Shown: positions 32,034 through 41,571 of the stretch, piece by piece
How positions within the stretch are numbered: the first letter of the stretch is position 1
Layout of the letters: each line of letters starts with the position of its first letter
DNA from: a bacterium
GTDB lineage: Bacteria > Zhuqueibacterota > Zhuqueibacteria > Residuimicrobiales > Krinioviventaceae
Reading direction: 5' to 3'
Length of the DNA stretch: 64,000 bases
Assembly: GCA_963693055.1 (NCBI GenBank)
Contig: OY843751.1
Location: forward strand, 5,920,001-5,984,000
The notes under the pieces: generated by a model
What the model was told of the DNA's origin: nothing
Seen by the model: the letters and a program-made list of their open reading frames with translations, nothing else
Database searches by the model: none
Made by a program: the position numbers and the translations under genes

Positions 32034-34697
32034 ATGAACAGTAAATCATTATTACTGCTTATATCTTTATTCATATCGACATTTCTTTTTGTAAACTGTG
32101 GTGAAAAAGTAGATTACAGTCAACTGCCGGCTTATAAAAACCCTACTCTTTTAATAGAAGAACGTGTTGATGATCTTGTCAGCAGAATGACCCTAGAGCA
32201 AAAAGCTTCGCAAATGGTTAACGATGCTCCGGCAATCCCTGAACTGGATATTCCTGCGTATAACTGGTGGAACGAATGTTTGCATGGTGTTGCACGTGCG
32301 GGTAGAGCGACCGTGTTTCCACAGGCCATAGGTATTGCAGCCACCTGGGATACCAAGCACATGTATCAGGTTGCCACAGCCATATCCGATGAAGCAAGAG
32401 CAAAACACCACAACTTTGTCAGGAACGGAAAACACGGAATCTATCAGGGTCTTACGTTTTGGTCACCCAACATTAATATTTTTCGTGATCCTCGTTGGGG
32501 TCGGGGTATGGAAACCTATGGGGAAGATCCCTATCTTACCTCCCGCCTGGGTGTCAATTTCGTAAAAGGCTTACAGGGCAATCACCCAAAATATCTCAAA
32601 GTTGTTGCTACCGTAAAACATTATGCTGTACATAGCGGTCCCGAACCCGATCGTCATACTTTTGATGCCAAAACCAGTGAACGGGATTTGAGAGATTTTT
32701 ACCTTCCCCACTTTAGAACCACCATCATGGAGTCCAAGGCCTATTCTGTCATGTGTGCCTATAACCGTTACATGGGCGAAACCTGTTGCGGCAGTGATCG
32801 ATTGGGCAACAAAATCCTTCGTGATGAATGGGGCTTTGATGGCTATGTGGTTTCCGATTGCGGTGCAATACGTGATTTCTGGAAATATCACAAAGTAGTA
32901 GAAACCCGGCCCGAAGCCGCGGCACTGGCCGTAAAATCCGGTACCGATCTCAACTGCGGCAGCGAGTATCAACAACTGGTTGAGGCTGTTGAAAAAGGAT
33001 TAATTACTGAAGAAGAAATTGATGTCTCTCTGAAACGATTGTTTACAGCAAGATTCAAGCTGGGTATGTTTGATCCCGAAGACATGGTACCATATAGCAA
33101 GATACCATATGATATTGTAGATTGTAAAGCACATCGTGATCTTGCATTAGAGACTGCCAGAAAATCCATGGTACTGTTAAAAAATGACAACAATACCCTC
33201 CCTCTTTCAAAAAATCTAAAAACCATAGCGGTTATTGGTCCCAACACCAACGACCAGGAAGTTTTGCTTGGTAACTATAACGGTTATCCCACAAATCCTA
33301 TTACCCCGTTGCAGGGTATAATCGATAAAGTGGGTGATAACACTCAAGTCAATTACGCACTGGGATGTGAATGGGCAGCAGGTCTACCGGTTTTTGAAAT
33401 CATGCCGGACAGTGTGCTGTTTACCTTAGGCAAGGACGGCAAACGCGTTAACGGATTAAAAGCGGAATATTTTAAAAACAATGAGCTGGAAGGTGAACCG
33501 GTATTCACTCGCATCGATAAAAATGTAGACTTTAACTGGTGGGACAAATCACCGTCTGAAGAACTGGATGATGACAATTTCAGTATCCGTTGGAGCGGTG
33601 AATTTACAGCACCGGTAACCGGCAGCTATTCCATTGGTGGCGAAGCATTTAATGCTTTTAATCTCTATATCAATGGCGAAGAATTTGTTACCTTTAGCGA
33701 TACCCATCATGCAAACAAACGTTACGAAACCATAGACCTGATCAAGGGTGAAACATACCCCATTACTTTTGAATTTATGGAAAGACAGGGAGACGCCTTT
33801 GCGCATCTGATCTGGGCGCCACCGGGACGCGATTACGAATACGAAGCCATAGAAGCTGCCAAAGACGCAGATGTAATCGTACTGGTAATGGGTCTGTCCC
33901 CCCGCCTTGAAGGCGAAGAGATGCGGGTCAAAGTAGAGGGATTTGCCGGTGGTGACCGGCTTACACTCGACCTGCCCGCCATTCAGGAAAATCTGATGAA
34001 AACCCTGAACCGACTGGGTAAGCCCATGGTACTGGTGAACATGAGCGGTAGCGCGGTATCCATTAATTGGGCCGATGAAAACATACCCGCTATCTTACAA
34101 GCCTGGTATCCCGGTCAAGCAGCGGGACAAGCTATTGCCGATGTACTGTTTGGCGATTATAATCCGGGTGGGCGTTTGCCGGTTACCTTTTACAAGTCTG
34201 TTGATCAGCTTCCACCGTTCAAAGAGTACAACCTGGTGAACCAAACCTATCGTTATTTTGATGGTATGCCGTTATATGCCTTTGGTCATGGTATGTCATA
34301 TACCACGTTCCGCTATCATAACCTTGAATTACCGGAACAAATTGAATCGGGTGAAACGGTTAACATCTCAATTGAGGTAGAAAATACCGGTCAAATGGCT
34401 GGTGAAGAAGTTGTTCAACTCTATATATCGGATATAAAAGCGTCTGTTCCTACGCCTATTCGTACTTTGCAGGGATTCAAACGGATTTATCTGGAACCCG
34501 GTAAAACAAAAACCGTAAAATTCACCCTGGATCCGCGACAACTTTCATTTACCAATAAAGAAGATCTGCGTATTGTTGAACCGGGGTTGTTCAAAGTTTC
34601 AGTAGGTGGTAAACAACCGGACGTGCCTGGTCCCTCTACCACAGACGTAATAACCAGCCAGTTCGAGGTCACCGGCAAAACGTTTTATGTAGAATAA
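32034..34697 (+). CDS. GH3 beta-glucosidase/xylosidase with PA14 insertion and Fn3-like C-terminus (lipoprotein)
   Basis: WWNECLHGV, RDPRWGRG.ETYGEDP, KHY, VSDCGAI nucleophile motif, PA14 segment DFNW...FSIRWSG. Confidence 0.95.
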   Translation: MNSKSLLLLISLFISTFLFVNCGEKVDYSQLPAYKNPTLLIEERVDDLVSRMTLEQKASQMVNDAPAIPELDIPAYNWWNECLHGVARAGRATVFPQAIGIAATWDTKHMYQVATAISDEARAKHHNFVRNGKHGIYQGLTFWSPNINIFRDPRWGRGMETYGEDPYLTSRLGVNFVKGLQGNHPKYLKVVATVKHYAVHSGPEPDRHTFDAKTSERDLRDFYLPHFRTTIMESKAYSVMCAYNRYMGETCCGSDRLGNKILRDEWGFDGYVVSDCGAIRDFWKYHKVVETRPEAAALAVKSGTDLNCGSEYQQLVEAVEKGLITEEEIDVSLKRLFTARFKLGMFDPEDMVPYSKIPYDIVDCKAHRDLALETARKSMVLLKNDNNTLPLSKNLKTIAVIGPNTNDQEVLLGNYNGYPTNPITPLQGIIDKVGDNTQVNYALGCEWAAGLPVFEIMPDSVLFTLGKDGKRVNGLKAEYFKNNELEGEPVFTRIDKNVDFNWWDKSPSEELDDDNFSIRWSGEFTAPVTGSYSIGGEAFNAFNLYINGEEFVTFSDTHHANKRYETIDLIKGETYPITFEFMERQGDAFAHLIWAPPGRDYEYEAIEAAKDADVIVLVMGLSPRLEGEEMRVKVEGFAGGDRLTLDLPAIQENLMKTLNRLGKPMVLVNMSGSAVSINWADENIPAILQAWYPGQAAGQAIADVLFGDYNPGGRLPVTFYKSVDQLPPFKEYNLVNQTYRYFDGMPLYAFGHGMSYTTFRYHNLELPEQIESGETVNISIEVENTGQMAGEEVVQLYISDIKASVPTPIRTLQGFKRIYLEPGKTKTVKFTLDPRQLSFTNKEDLRIVEPGLFKVSVGGKQPDVPGPSTTDVITSQFEVTGKTFYVE

Positions 34698-34719
34698 ATA
34701 CCTGAACAAACTCAAATTT

Positions 34720-34752
34720 AAACGTGGCAGAAGAACCTCTGTCACGTTTTTT
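34720..34752 (+). terminator. Rho-independent terminator after GH3
   Basis: AAACGTGGCAGA / TCTGTCACGTTT stem followed by a T run. Confidence 0.7.
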
Positions 34753-34779
34753 ATTAGACATAATAAAAAAAAGCTTTCA

Positions 34780-34808
34780 GCCCACGGATAACACAGATAA
34801 TCACAGAT
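34780..34808 (+). repeat. Left 29-bp inverted repeat of the GxxExxY unit (3 x CACRRAT)
   Basis: GCCCACGGATAACACAGATAATCACAGAT; 21/29 identical to the reverse complement of 35205-35233. Confidence 0.8.
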
Positions 34809-34821
34809 TTTATAAAAGTAT

Positions 34822-35190
34822 TTACCGTTTATACTCTACTTTAGGATATTGTCCAAAATTTACAAGCAATCCTAATTTAAAATTTGTTGCATTCAGATAA
34901 TTTAATACCTGTGATTGATGTTCTTTCAATAATTGAGATACAGACTTGATCTCTACTATTATTTTACCATAACAAATAAAATCTGGTTTGAATGTTTTAT
35001 TTAATATCATGTTTCGATATGTTAACTGAATTTCTTTTTGCGAACAAAAAGGAATTTGTTGATATTGAAATTCAATTTCCAGACACTCTTGATATACTGC
35101 TTCAAGAAAACCAGATCCCATTTGATTATAAACCTGAAAACAGGCACCTAATATTTTATAACTTTCCTTGTTATAAATCAAATCATTCAT
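34822..35190 (-). CDS. GxxExxY protein (PD-(D/E)xK nuclease-like)
   Basis: GSGFLEAVY, FKPDF...IIVEIK, Q..NYL, GLLVNFG; ATG at 35190 with a G-rich RBS. Confidence 0.93.
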   Translation of the reverse strand: MNDLIYNKESYKILGACFQVYNQMGSGFLEAVYQECLEIEFQYQQIPFCSQKEIQLTYRNMILNKTFKPDFICYGKIIVEIKSVSQLLKEHQSQVLNYLNATNFKLGLLVNFGQYPKVEYKR

Positions 35191-35204
35191 AATTCCCCCT
35201 TTTA

Positions 35205-35233
35205 ATTCGTGCATATTCGTGATATTCGTGGGC
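35205..35233 (-). repeat. Right 29-bp inverted repeat of the GxxExxY unit (3 x CACGAAT)
   Basis: Minus strand reads GCCCACGAATATCACGAATATGCACGAAT, directly upstream of the RBS. Confidence 0.8.
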
Positions 35234-35408
35234 ATCTTTTACATTTATGTATCCTTCATGATATTTAAATTATGTAGATAAATCTCTGTGATATTATATT
35301 ACAAAATTTAATTTATTGCAATCCCTTTTAAATCAAAAACAGAAATCCCCTCTTGCAGAATTTCATAATTATTTGTAATATGGGGTTCACAAATTTATAA
35401 AAACAAAT

Positions 35409-35825
35409 ATGATCGAAATCAATCCTACAACCTTTATAGACGAGTCAGAACTCTCGTTTTCAACTTCCCGCAGTGGTGGTCCAGGCGGTCAGCATGTGAA
35501 CAAGGTCAATACCAAGGTGTTGCTGGAATTTGACGTATTGAATTCGCAGTACTTGTCGGATGATCAAAAAGCTCGTATTCAGGAAAAGCTCAGCAACCGC
35601 ATGACCAAAGAGGGAATCCTGCAAATCACCTCGCAGGATTCGCGTAGTCAGTACGCCAACAAGGAAGACGCGATCGAAAAATTTACCGACCTTTTACGAG
35701 AGTCACTCAAAACCCGTCCCAAAAGGCGCAGAACCCGCATCTCAAAGGCCGCAAAACAAAGACGCTTGGATTCAAAAAAACACCGCAGCTCTATCAAACA
35801 AAATCGGGGACGCATACGCTTTTAA
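35409..35825 (+). CDS. arfB: Alternative ribosome rescue peptidyl-tRNA hydrolase ArfB
   Basis: SRSGGPGGQHVNKV, RSQ..N, basic C-terminal tail. Confidence 0.95.
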   Translation: MIEINPTTFIDESELSFSTSRSGGPGGQHVNKVNTKVLLEFDVLNSQYLSDDQKARIQEKLSNRMTKEGILQITSQDSRSQYANKEDAIEKFTDLLRESLKTRPKRRRTRISKAAKQRRLDSKKHRSSIKQNRGRIRF

Positions 35826-35919
35826 CCGCAATAGCCGCCAGATTTAAAATAAATATTGCATATCAGTTCAAAAACTTATACACTGTAATGATGTTTGTTT
35901 AATCATGGAGGTTATTCGT

Positions 35920-37422
35920 ATGTCAAATTTATATAAATTTTCCCGCCGTAATTTTATCCAAACCACAACTACTGCTGCATTTTCCGCTCCCTTTTTCAAT
36001 TGCGGAAAAACCGGTGTAAGCAAACCCATAACCCGTCCCTTTGGCAAACTCGATTTAGAGGTCACCACATTGGGCCTGGGCGGTCAGGCGTCCATCCAGT
36101 GGACACCGGAAGGAATAGATCCCACTGCTATTATCCATAAAGCATTTGAGAAAAAAATAAACTATTATGATACATCCAACCTATACGGTCCCAGTCAACT
36201 CAATTACGGAAAAGCGTTTCGGGAACTGGATCTCATACCCGGAAAATCGGGATACAATGAAGCGTTGCGCAAATCCATCTTTTTAACCAGCAAAACCCGA
36301 ATCCGCTGGGGCAAAGGCGGTTATGAATACAAGGGTGTTAGAAACGGTACCAACGGTCCTGAAGGATCCTTGGCAATCGACGATGTAAAACGCTCACTCA
36401 GCCAGATCTATGGAGACGGTAAAGGCAATTACCCCAAAGGTGCCTATCTGGATATGGTGCTCATTCACAGCATCCGCCGCCTGGAAGAACTGGATGTTCT
36501 CTTTATGGGACTGGATAATACCTCACCAACAGAAGAGCATATCGGTGCACTAGCGGCTCTTCGCGATGTTCGTGACGGCACCAACCTGACCGGCATGAAT
36601 CCCAAAGAGGAAAAGCTGATTCGCCATATCGGTTTCTCCGGCCATTACTCTGCACCGGTGATGATGGAATTTATCCGTCGTGATAAAGATAATATCCTTG
36701 ACGGTATGCTGGTTGCCATTAACAGCAATGACCGGTTGTACATGAACATGCGGCACAATGTAATTCCCGTTGCGGAAGCCAAAAACATGGGCGTGATCGC
36801 TATGAAAGTCTTTGCAGATGGAGCCATGTACAGCAAGGGTGCGCATTTTTCCAATAAACCGGAACATGTCATCCGCAGTGTGGGCACACAAGATCTACCC
36901 AGTCGCCCGCTGATCGAGTACAGTCTTTCCACTCCAGGAGTGCATACCGGTATTATTGGTATTGGTCAGATCGACAATGTTGATCCGAAAAAATGCCAGC
37001 TTGAGCAAAACCTGTCCGCAGCCCAGATTGCAGTGAATGGATTGAGTGCGACCGAGCGCGAACAGATCGAAACCCTGACAAGCCCCATCAAAGACGGCAA
37101 GACCAACTATTTTCAAATTGAGGAAGGCGGTCTCAGCGCAGTGAACGATCCCAATATTGAGCAAAAAGTTGTCGAGGGAAAACGTAACATATTGCTTAGC
37201 TGGAATACAGCATATGCAGGTAACGATCCGGTTAAGGCCTATGAAATCTGGCGAGACAATCAGAAAATCGCCGAGGTTGCACACAAACCCCAAACAACCC
37301 AAACGCCATTTCAATACAAAGATGAACTAAACAATACAGCCGAAATCAAGTATCAGATCAAAACGATTGATACTGCTGGGAATGCGGCATCAACAGAAAT
37401 ACTGAATTTAAAATCCGTATAA
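35920..37422 (+). CDS. Tat-exported aldo/keto reductase with C-terminal Fn3-like domain
   Basis: SRRNF Tat motif; LGLGG, YYDTS..YG, TSK, IGFSGH, IAMKVF; C-terminal W..A..G...YEIWRD...Y.D. Confidence 0.8.
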   Translation: MSNLYKFSRRNFIQTTTTAAFSAPFFNCGKTGVSKPITRPFGKLDLEVTTLGLGGQASIQWTPEGIDPTAIIHKAFEKKINYYDTSNLYGPSQLNYGKAFRELDLIPGKSGYNEALRKSIFLTSKTRIRWGKGGYEYKGVRNGTNGPEGSLAIDDVKRSLSQIYGDGKGNYPKGAYLDMVLIHSIRRLEELDVLFMGLDNTSPTEEHIGALAALRDVRDGTNLTGMNPKEEKLIRHIGFSGHYSAPVMMEFIRRDKDNILDGMLVAINSNDRLYMNMRHNVIPVAEAKNMGVIAMKVFADGAMYSKGAHFSNKPEHVIRSVGTQDLPSRPLIEYSLSTPGVHTGIIGIGQIDNVDPKKCQLEQNLSAAQIAVNGLSATEREQIETLTSPIKDGKTNYFQIEEGGLSAVNDPNIEQKVVEGKRNILLSWNTAYAGNDPVKAYEIWRDNQKIAEVAHKPQTTQTPFQYKDELNNTAEIKYQIKTIDTAGNAASTEILNLKSV

Positions 37423-37438
37423 ATCCTTCGGAGATTGA

Positions 37439-38818
37439 ATGCAATCTACACGACGTTCTTTTATGAAACGCATGGGCCTCTCCCTTTTGGGAGCGGCCAC
37501 CATGCCATTGGCCTGTGCAGCACCTAAAAAGCAGCCCAACTTTATTATCTTTATCTCGGACGATGTAAGCTGGAACGATATCGGTGCCTATGGACATCCC
37601 CATATAAAGACACCCAACATTGATAGAATGGCTAAAGAAGGTGTAAAATTCACCAATGCGTTTCTAACTATCAGCTCTTGCAGCCCCAGCCGCTGCAGTA
37701 TCATGACCGGCAGGTATCCACATTCAACCAGTGCCGGTGAACTGCATATGCCGCTGCCATCGGACCAGGTTGTATTTGCGGGATTGTTAAAAAACGCCGG
37801 GTATTATACAGCCAGTTCCGGGAAATGGCATATGGGTGAAGCGGCCAAAGTTAATTTTGATCGTATTGAAGATGGGCATCCCAGCGGATGTGAATACTGG
37901 GAACAGGTAGTACAGGAACGTCCCAAAGACCAACCCTTTTTTATGTGGTTTGCCTCTTTTGACGCACACCGGGGTTATGAGGAGAATTGCATCCCAAATC
38001 CGCACAAGCCGGAGGATGTGATCGTCCCGCCCTTTCTACCAGACAATGCCGAAACCCGCAAAGACCTAGCGCTTTATTACGATGAAATCTCAAGGCTGGA
38101 CAGTTATATGGGCAAAGTGTTCAAATTGCTAAAAGACCAGGGAGAACTGGACAATACCTTTATGCTGTTCCTGGGTGACAATGGCAGGCCTTTCCCCCGC
38201 TGTAAAACCCGCTTGTACGACAGTGGAATTCAAACTCCTTTTATCATCCGTTACCCCGCACTTGTTCAAGCTAATAGCGTTCGAGACAACCTTGTCAGCT
38301 CCGTGGATATTGCTCCTACCATCTTGGAACTGGCCGGACTGGATGCATCCCCCTCTTTTCAAGGTAAATCTTTTGTCGCCATGCTAAAAAAGGATTCCAC
38401 ATCTATACGGGATTATGTTTTTGCCGAACACAACTGGCACGACTATCAGGCACATGAACGATCCGCAAGAAATAAAAAATATCTCTATATACGCAACAGC
38501 TTTCCGCAATTTAATGGTAATCCACCGGCAGATGCGGTCCGAAGCATTACATATCGTAAAATGCTGGAATTACAAGATCAGGGAAATCTGTCTCCCGGTC
38601 AACAGGATTGTTTTATTTCTCCTCGTCCAAAAGAAGAATTATATGATATAATACAGGATCCCAATTCATTTAAAAACCTGGTTGGCAATCAAAAATATGC
38701 AAACGTACTGGCTAAAATGCGGTCTGCTCTGGATGATTGGATCAAACAAACGGATGACAAGATACCAGACAAGCCAACCCCGGACAAATTCCACCGCCAA
38801 ACAGGTAAAAAATTGTAA
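37439..38818 (+). CDS. Tat-exported Cys-type sulfatase (sulfamidase-like)
   Basis: TRRSF, SDD, CSPSR, TGRY, GKWH, GDNG. Confidence 0.93.
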   Translation: MQSTRRSFMKRMGLSLLGAATMPLACAAPKKQPNFIIFISDDVSWNDIGAYGHPHIKTPNIDRMAKEGVKFTNAFLTISSCSPSRCSIMTGRYPHSTSAGELHMPLPSDQVVFAGLLKNAGYYTASSGKWHMGEAAKVNFDRIEDGHPSGCEYWEQVVQERPKDQPFFMWFASFDAHRGYEENCIPNPHKPEDVIVPPFLPDNAETRKDLALYYDEISRLDSYMGKVFKLLKDQGELDNTFMLFLGDNGRPFPRCKTRLYDSGIQTPFIIRYPALVQANSVRDNLVSSVDIAPTILELAGLDASPSFQGKSFVAMLKKDSTSIRDYVFAEHNWHDYQAHERSARNKKYLYIRNSFPQFNGNPPADAVRSITYRKMLELQDQGNLSPGQQDCFISPRPKEELYDIIQDPNSFKNLVGNQKYANVLAKMRSALDDWIKQTDDKIPDKPTPDKFHRQTGKKL

Positions 38819-39035
38819 GAAAATTGACGAATTTCATAAAATCGTTTGTAAATTTCTTCTAAATTATTAATTTCCCTAGGGATGTATTTTCATTTCATCC
38901 CAACTTTCCCTGTTTTATAAATCGGTTCATTTCAATCTATATTACATTGCTATCAAGAGATTCACGTGATTCATATTACAGTTTATAATAAATGCTTTCA
39001 CATAAATCATCACCCGAACCCTTTAAGGAGTTGCA

Positions 39036-41399
39036 ATGAAAATTAAATTTTCAATCCGTTTCATTATAGCAGTATGTTTGATGGGTTCTTTTCTTTTTGC
39101 ACAGGATGCGGGAAAATCCGTCGAGCAAAAGGCAAAAGATCTCGTTTCAAAATTAACTTTGGAAGAAAAAGTTGCCCTGACCGTTGGCGATGGACGGTTC
39201 CTGCCAAATGCCGAAAAGCTTGAAGAAAATACAACAGAACAGTACATTGCAAATCGAAAATCCAAAATGCTTATTCCCCGTTTGGGAATCAAAAATACCG
39301 CATTAACCGATGGCCCTTGTGGTATCAATAAAGGTAATGAAAACAAAGGCGAACCGGGATACCTGTATACTACTTCTTTTCCCACACCCACCTGCATGGC
39401 TGCTACCTGGAACGTTGATCTGGTAAAAAAAGCAGGTATGGCCTTTGGTAATGAATTGATTGAATACGATTATGATCTGGTATTAATGCCTGCATTAAAC
39501 CTTCATCGTAATCCCAATTGCGGAAGAAATTTTGAATATTATTCCGAAGATCCTCTTCTTTCTGGTAAAATGGCTGCATCAATGGTACTCGGCTTGCAAG
39601 ACAATGGTGTAGGCGCTACCCTCAAACATTTTGTAGCAAACAACCAGGAATCGAATCGTAGAAAATACAATGCGGTTATCAGTCAACGCGCTTTACGGGA
39701 AATCTATTTACGCGGTTTTGAGATTGCTGTAAAAGAAGCAAGACCCAAAGCCATGATGACGGCATACAACAAACTCAACGGTTTTTATACCGCAGAGATC
39801 TCCGGAATGCTACATGACATTGTACGCAAAGAATGGGGTTTTGAAGGTCTGTTCATGACTGACTTTGACGGCCATTTTGGCGATGCCGTAGCCAAAGTAA
39901 GAGCAGGTAACAATCTGCTTATGAGCGGCAGCGAACGCGAGCTGAACGAACTCACCAACGCTTTGAAAAACAAAGAGCTTGATGAAAGTATGCTTGATAA
40001 TAATTTGTACTATAACATGAAATTAAAGCTTTCTTCTCCAAGCATGAATGGCAACAAACCCTCCTTTAAACCAGACCTGGAAGCACATGCGCAGGTAGCA
40101 CGTGAAGCCGCCAGCGAAGGTATGGTTCTGTTGAAAAATGACAACAAAACTCTGCCTCTCAAAAAGAAACAAAAAGTTGCTCTGTTTGGCAAGATTGGTT
40201 ACCACCTGATTCCCTTTGGAACAGGCAGCGGGAGTGTTCGCAGTTACAAACACGCGACATCGATTAACGAAGGTTTAAAAGCCGCGGGATTCAAGGTACT
40301 CAAAGAGATGGAAGAAAATTACGTAAATTACATTGAAAAAATCAAACGCGAAAACCTGGTACCCCCCTATTTTGATAACCCCAAAATGCGTAAAGACAAT
40401 GGCATAACCGGCAATCAATCTCCTCAGCATTTCAAAGAAAGACTGGTTGCTTTTAGTGTTGAACAACGTGTTCCCAGAGCAGATATTGAAAAATACGAAT
40501 CAAAATCTGACCTCGCTGTAATAACCCTGGGTAGAAGTGCCGGTGAAAACTATGAAAACGGTTATCTGCCCATCACCGAGATCGAAATGGACCTGGTAAA
40601 AAATGTAAGCGATATTTTCCACGCTGCGGGCAAAAAAGTAATTGTAGTGCTCAATGTTGGCGGTGTTTGGGAAACTGCAAGCTGGAGAGACTATGTGGAT
40701 GCGATCTTGTTAGCATGGCAGCCGGGACAAGAAGGCGGAAATGCTGTTGCCGATATTTTCGCGGGTAAAGTCAATCCTTCCGGCAAACTGCCTGACTCTT
40801 TTCCACTAAAATATGAGGATGTACCTTCAGCCGATACATTTCCCGGTGAACCTGCAGATGAACCTGTCGTTTCCCTGTACAATGACGGTATCTTTGTCGG
40901 TTATCGCTATTATGATACATTCGATGTACCCACTGCTTACGAGTTTGGATTTGGATTGTCTTATACCACCTTTGAATTTTCTGACCTGAAATTAAGCAGC
41001 AATAAATTTAATAATAAATTGCAAGTTTCGGTAACAGTTAAAAACACCGGCAAAGTAGCAGGAAAAGAAGTTGCGCAACTCTATCTCTCTGCTCCTACGC
41101 AAGAAATTTACAAACCTGTTCATGAACTTAAAGGTTTTGCTAAAACCAAATTACTGAAACCCGGCCAAAGCCAGACTCTTTCTTTTGAACTGGATGAGCG
41201 CGCCCTCGCTTCTTTCTGGAGCGGAATTGATGCCTGGGTAGCAGACAAGGGCGAGTACAAGGTACAGATTGGTGCTTCCTCAAAAGATATACGTCTTGAA
41301 GATTCATTTACTTTAGCAAATCAGATCATCGTTGAAAAAGTCCATGATGTTCTTTATCCAAACTTTATCTTGCACGAAATTACACCATCTAGTAAATAA
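39036..41399 (+). CDS. GH3 beta-glucosidase
   Basis: TDGP.GI, GRNFEYYSEDP, KHFVANNQE, MTDF nucleophile motif, WQPGQEGG, C-terminal Fn3-like domain. Confidence 0.94.
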   Translation: MKIKFSIRFIIAVCLMGSFLFAQDAGKSVEQKAKDLVSKLTLEEKVALTVGDGRFLPNAEKLEENTTEQYIANRKSKMLIPRLGIKNTALTDGPCGINKGNENKGEPGYLYTTSFPTPTCMAATWNVDLVKKAGMAFGNELIEYDYDLVLMPALNLHRNPNCGRNFEYYSEDPLLSGKMAASMVLGLQDNGVGATLKHFVANNQESNRRKYNAVISQRALREIYLRGFEIAVKEARPKAMMTAYNKLNGFYTAEISGMLHDIVRKEWGFEGLFMTDFDGHFGDAVAKVRAGNNLLMSGSERELNELTNALKNKELDESMLDNNLYYNMKLKLSSPSMNGNKPSFKPDLEAHAQVAREAASEGMVLLKNDNKTLPLKKKQKVALFGKIGYHLIPFGTGSGSVRSYKHATSINEGLKAAGFKVLKEMEENYVNYIEKIKRENLVPPYFDNPKMRKDNGITGNQSPQHFKERLVAFSVEQRVPRADIEKYESKSDLAVITLGRSAGENYENGYLPITEIEMDLVKNVSDIFHAAGKKVIVVLNVGGVWETASWRDYVDAILLAWQPGQEGGNAVADIFAGKVNPSGKLPDSFPLKYEDVPSADTFPGEPADEPVVSLYNDGIFVGYRYYDTFDVPTAYEFGFGLSYTTFEFSDLKLSSNKFNNKLQVSVTVKNTGKVAGKEVAQLYLSAPTQEIYKPVHELKGFAKTKLLKPGQSQTLSFELDERALASFWSGIDAWVADKGEYKVQIGASSKDIRLEDSFTLANQIIVEKVHDVLYPNFILHEITPSSK

Positions 41400-41417
41400 C
41401 AATTAACACCTCTATTC

Positions 41418-41464
41418 TGAACACAACGGAGATAATGATGGTCTCCGTTGTGTTCATTTTTTTT
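41418..41464 (+). terminator. Strong rho-independent terminator
   Basis: 15-bp perfect stem TGAACACAACGGAGA / TCTCCGTTGTGTTCA followed by T8. Confidence 0.85.
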
Positions 41465-41571
41465 ATCTAAACTGTTATTATGCAATACAGGAAAAGTCTC
41501 TTTTGTACATTATCCCTCCCAAAACGGTAACCCTGTTAAAAGTGTCTCTTTTGTAAAAGGAATAAAAGGCA

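Noticed and set aside
41418-41456. Terminator sharing the ACGGAGA...TCTCCGT core with the 31-bp palindrome
   Set aside because: Outer arms and loop differ. Treated as an ordinary terminator, although distant relatedness cannot be excluded.
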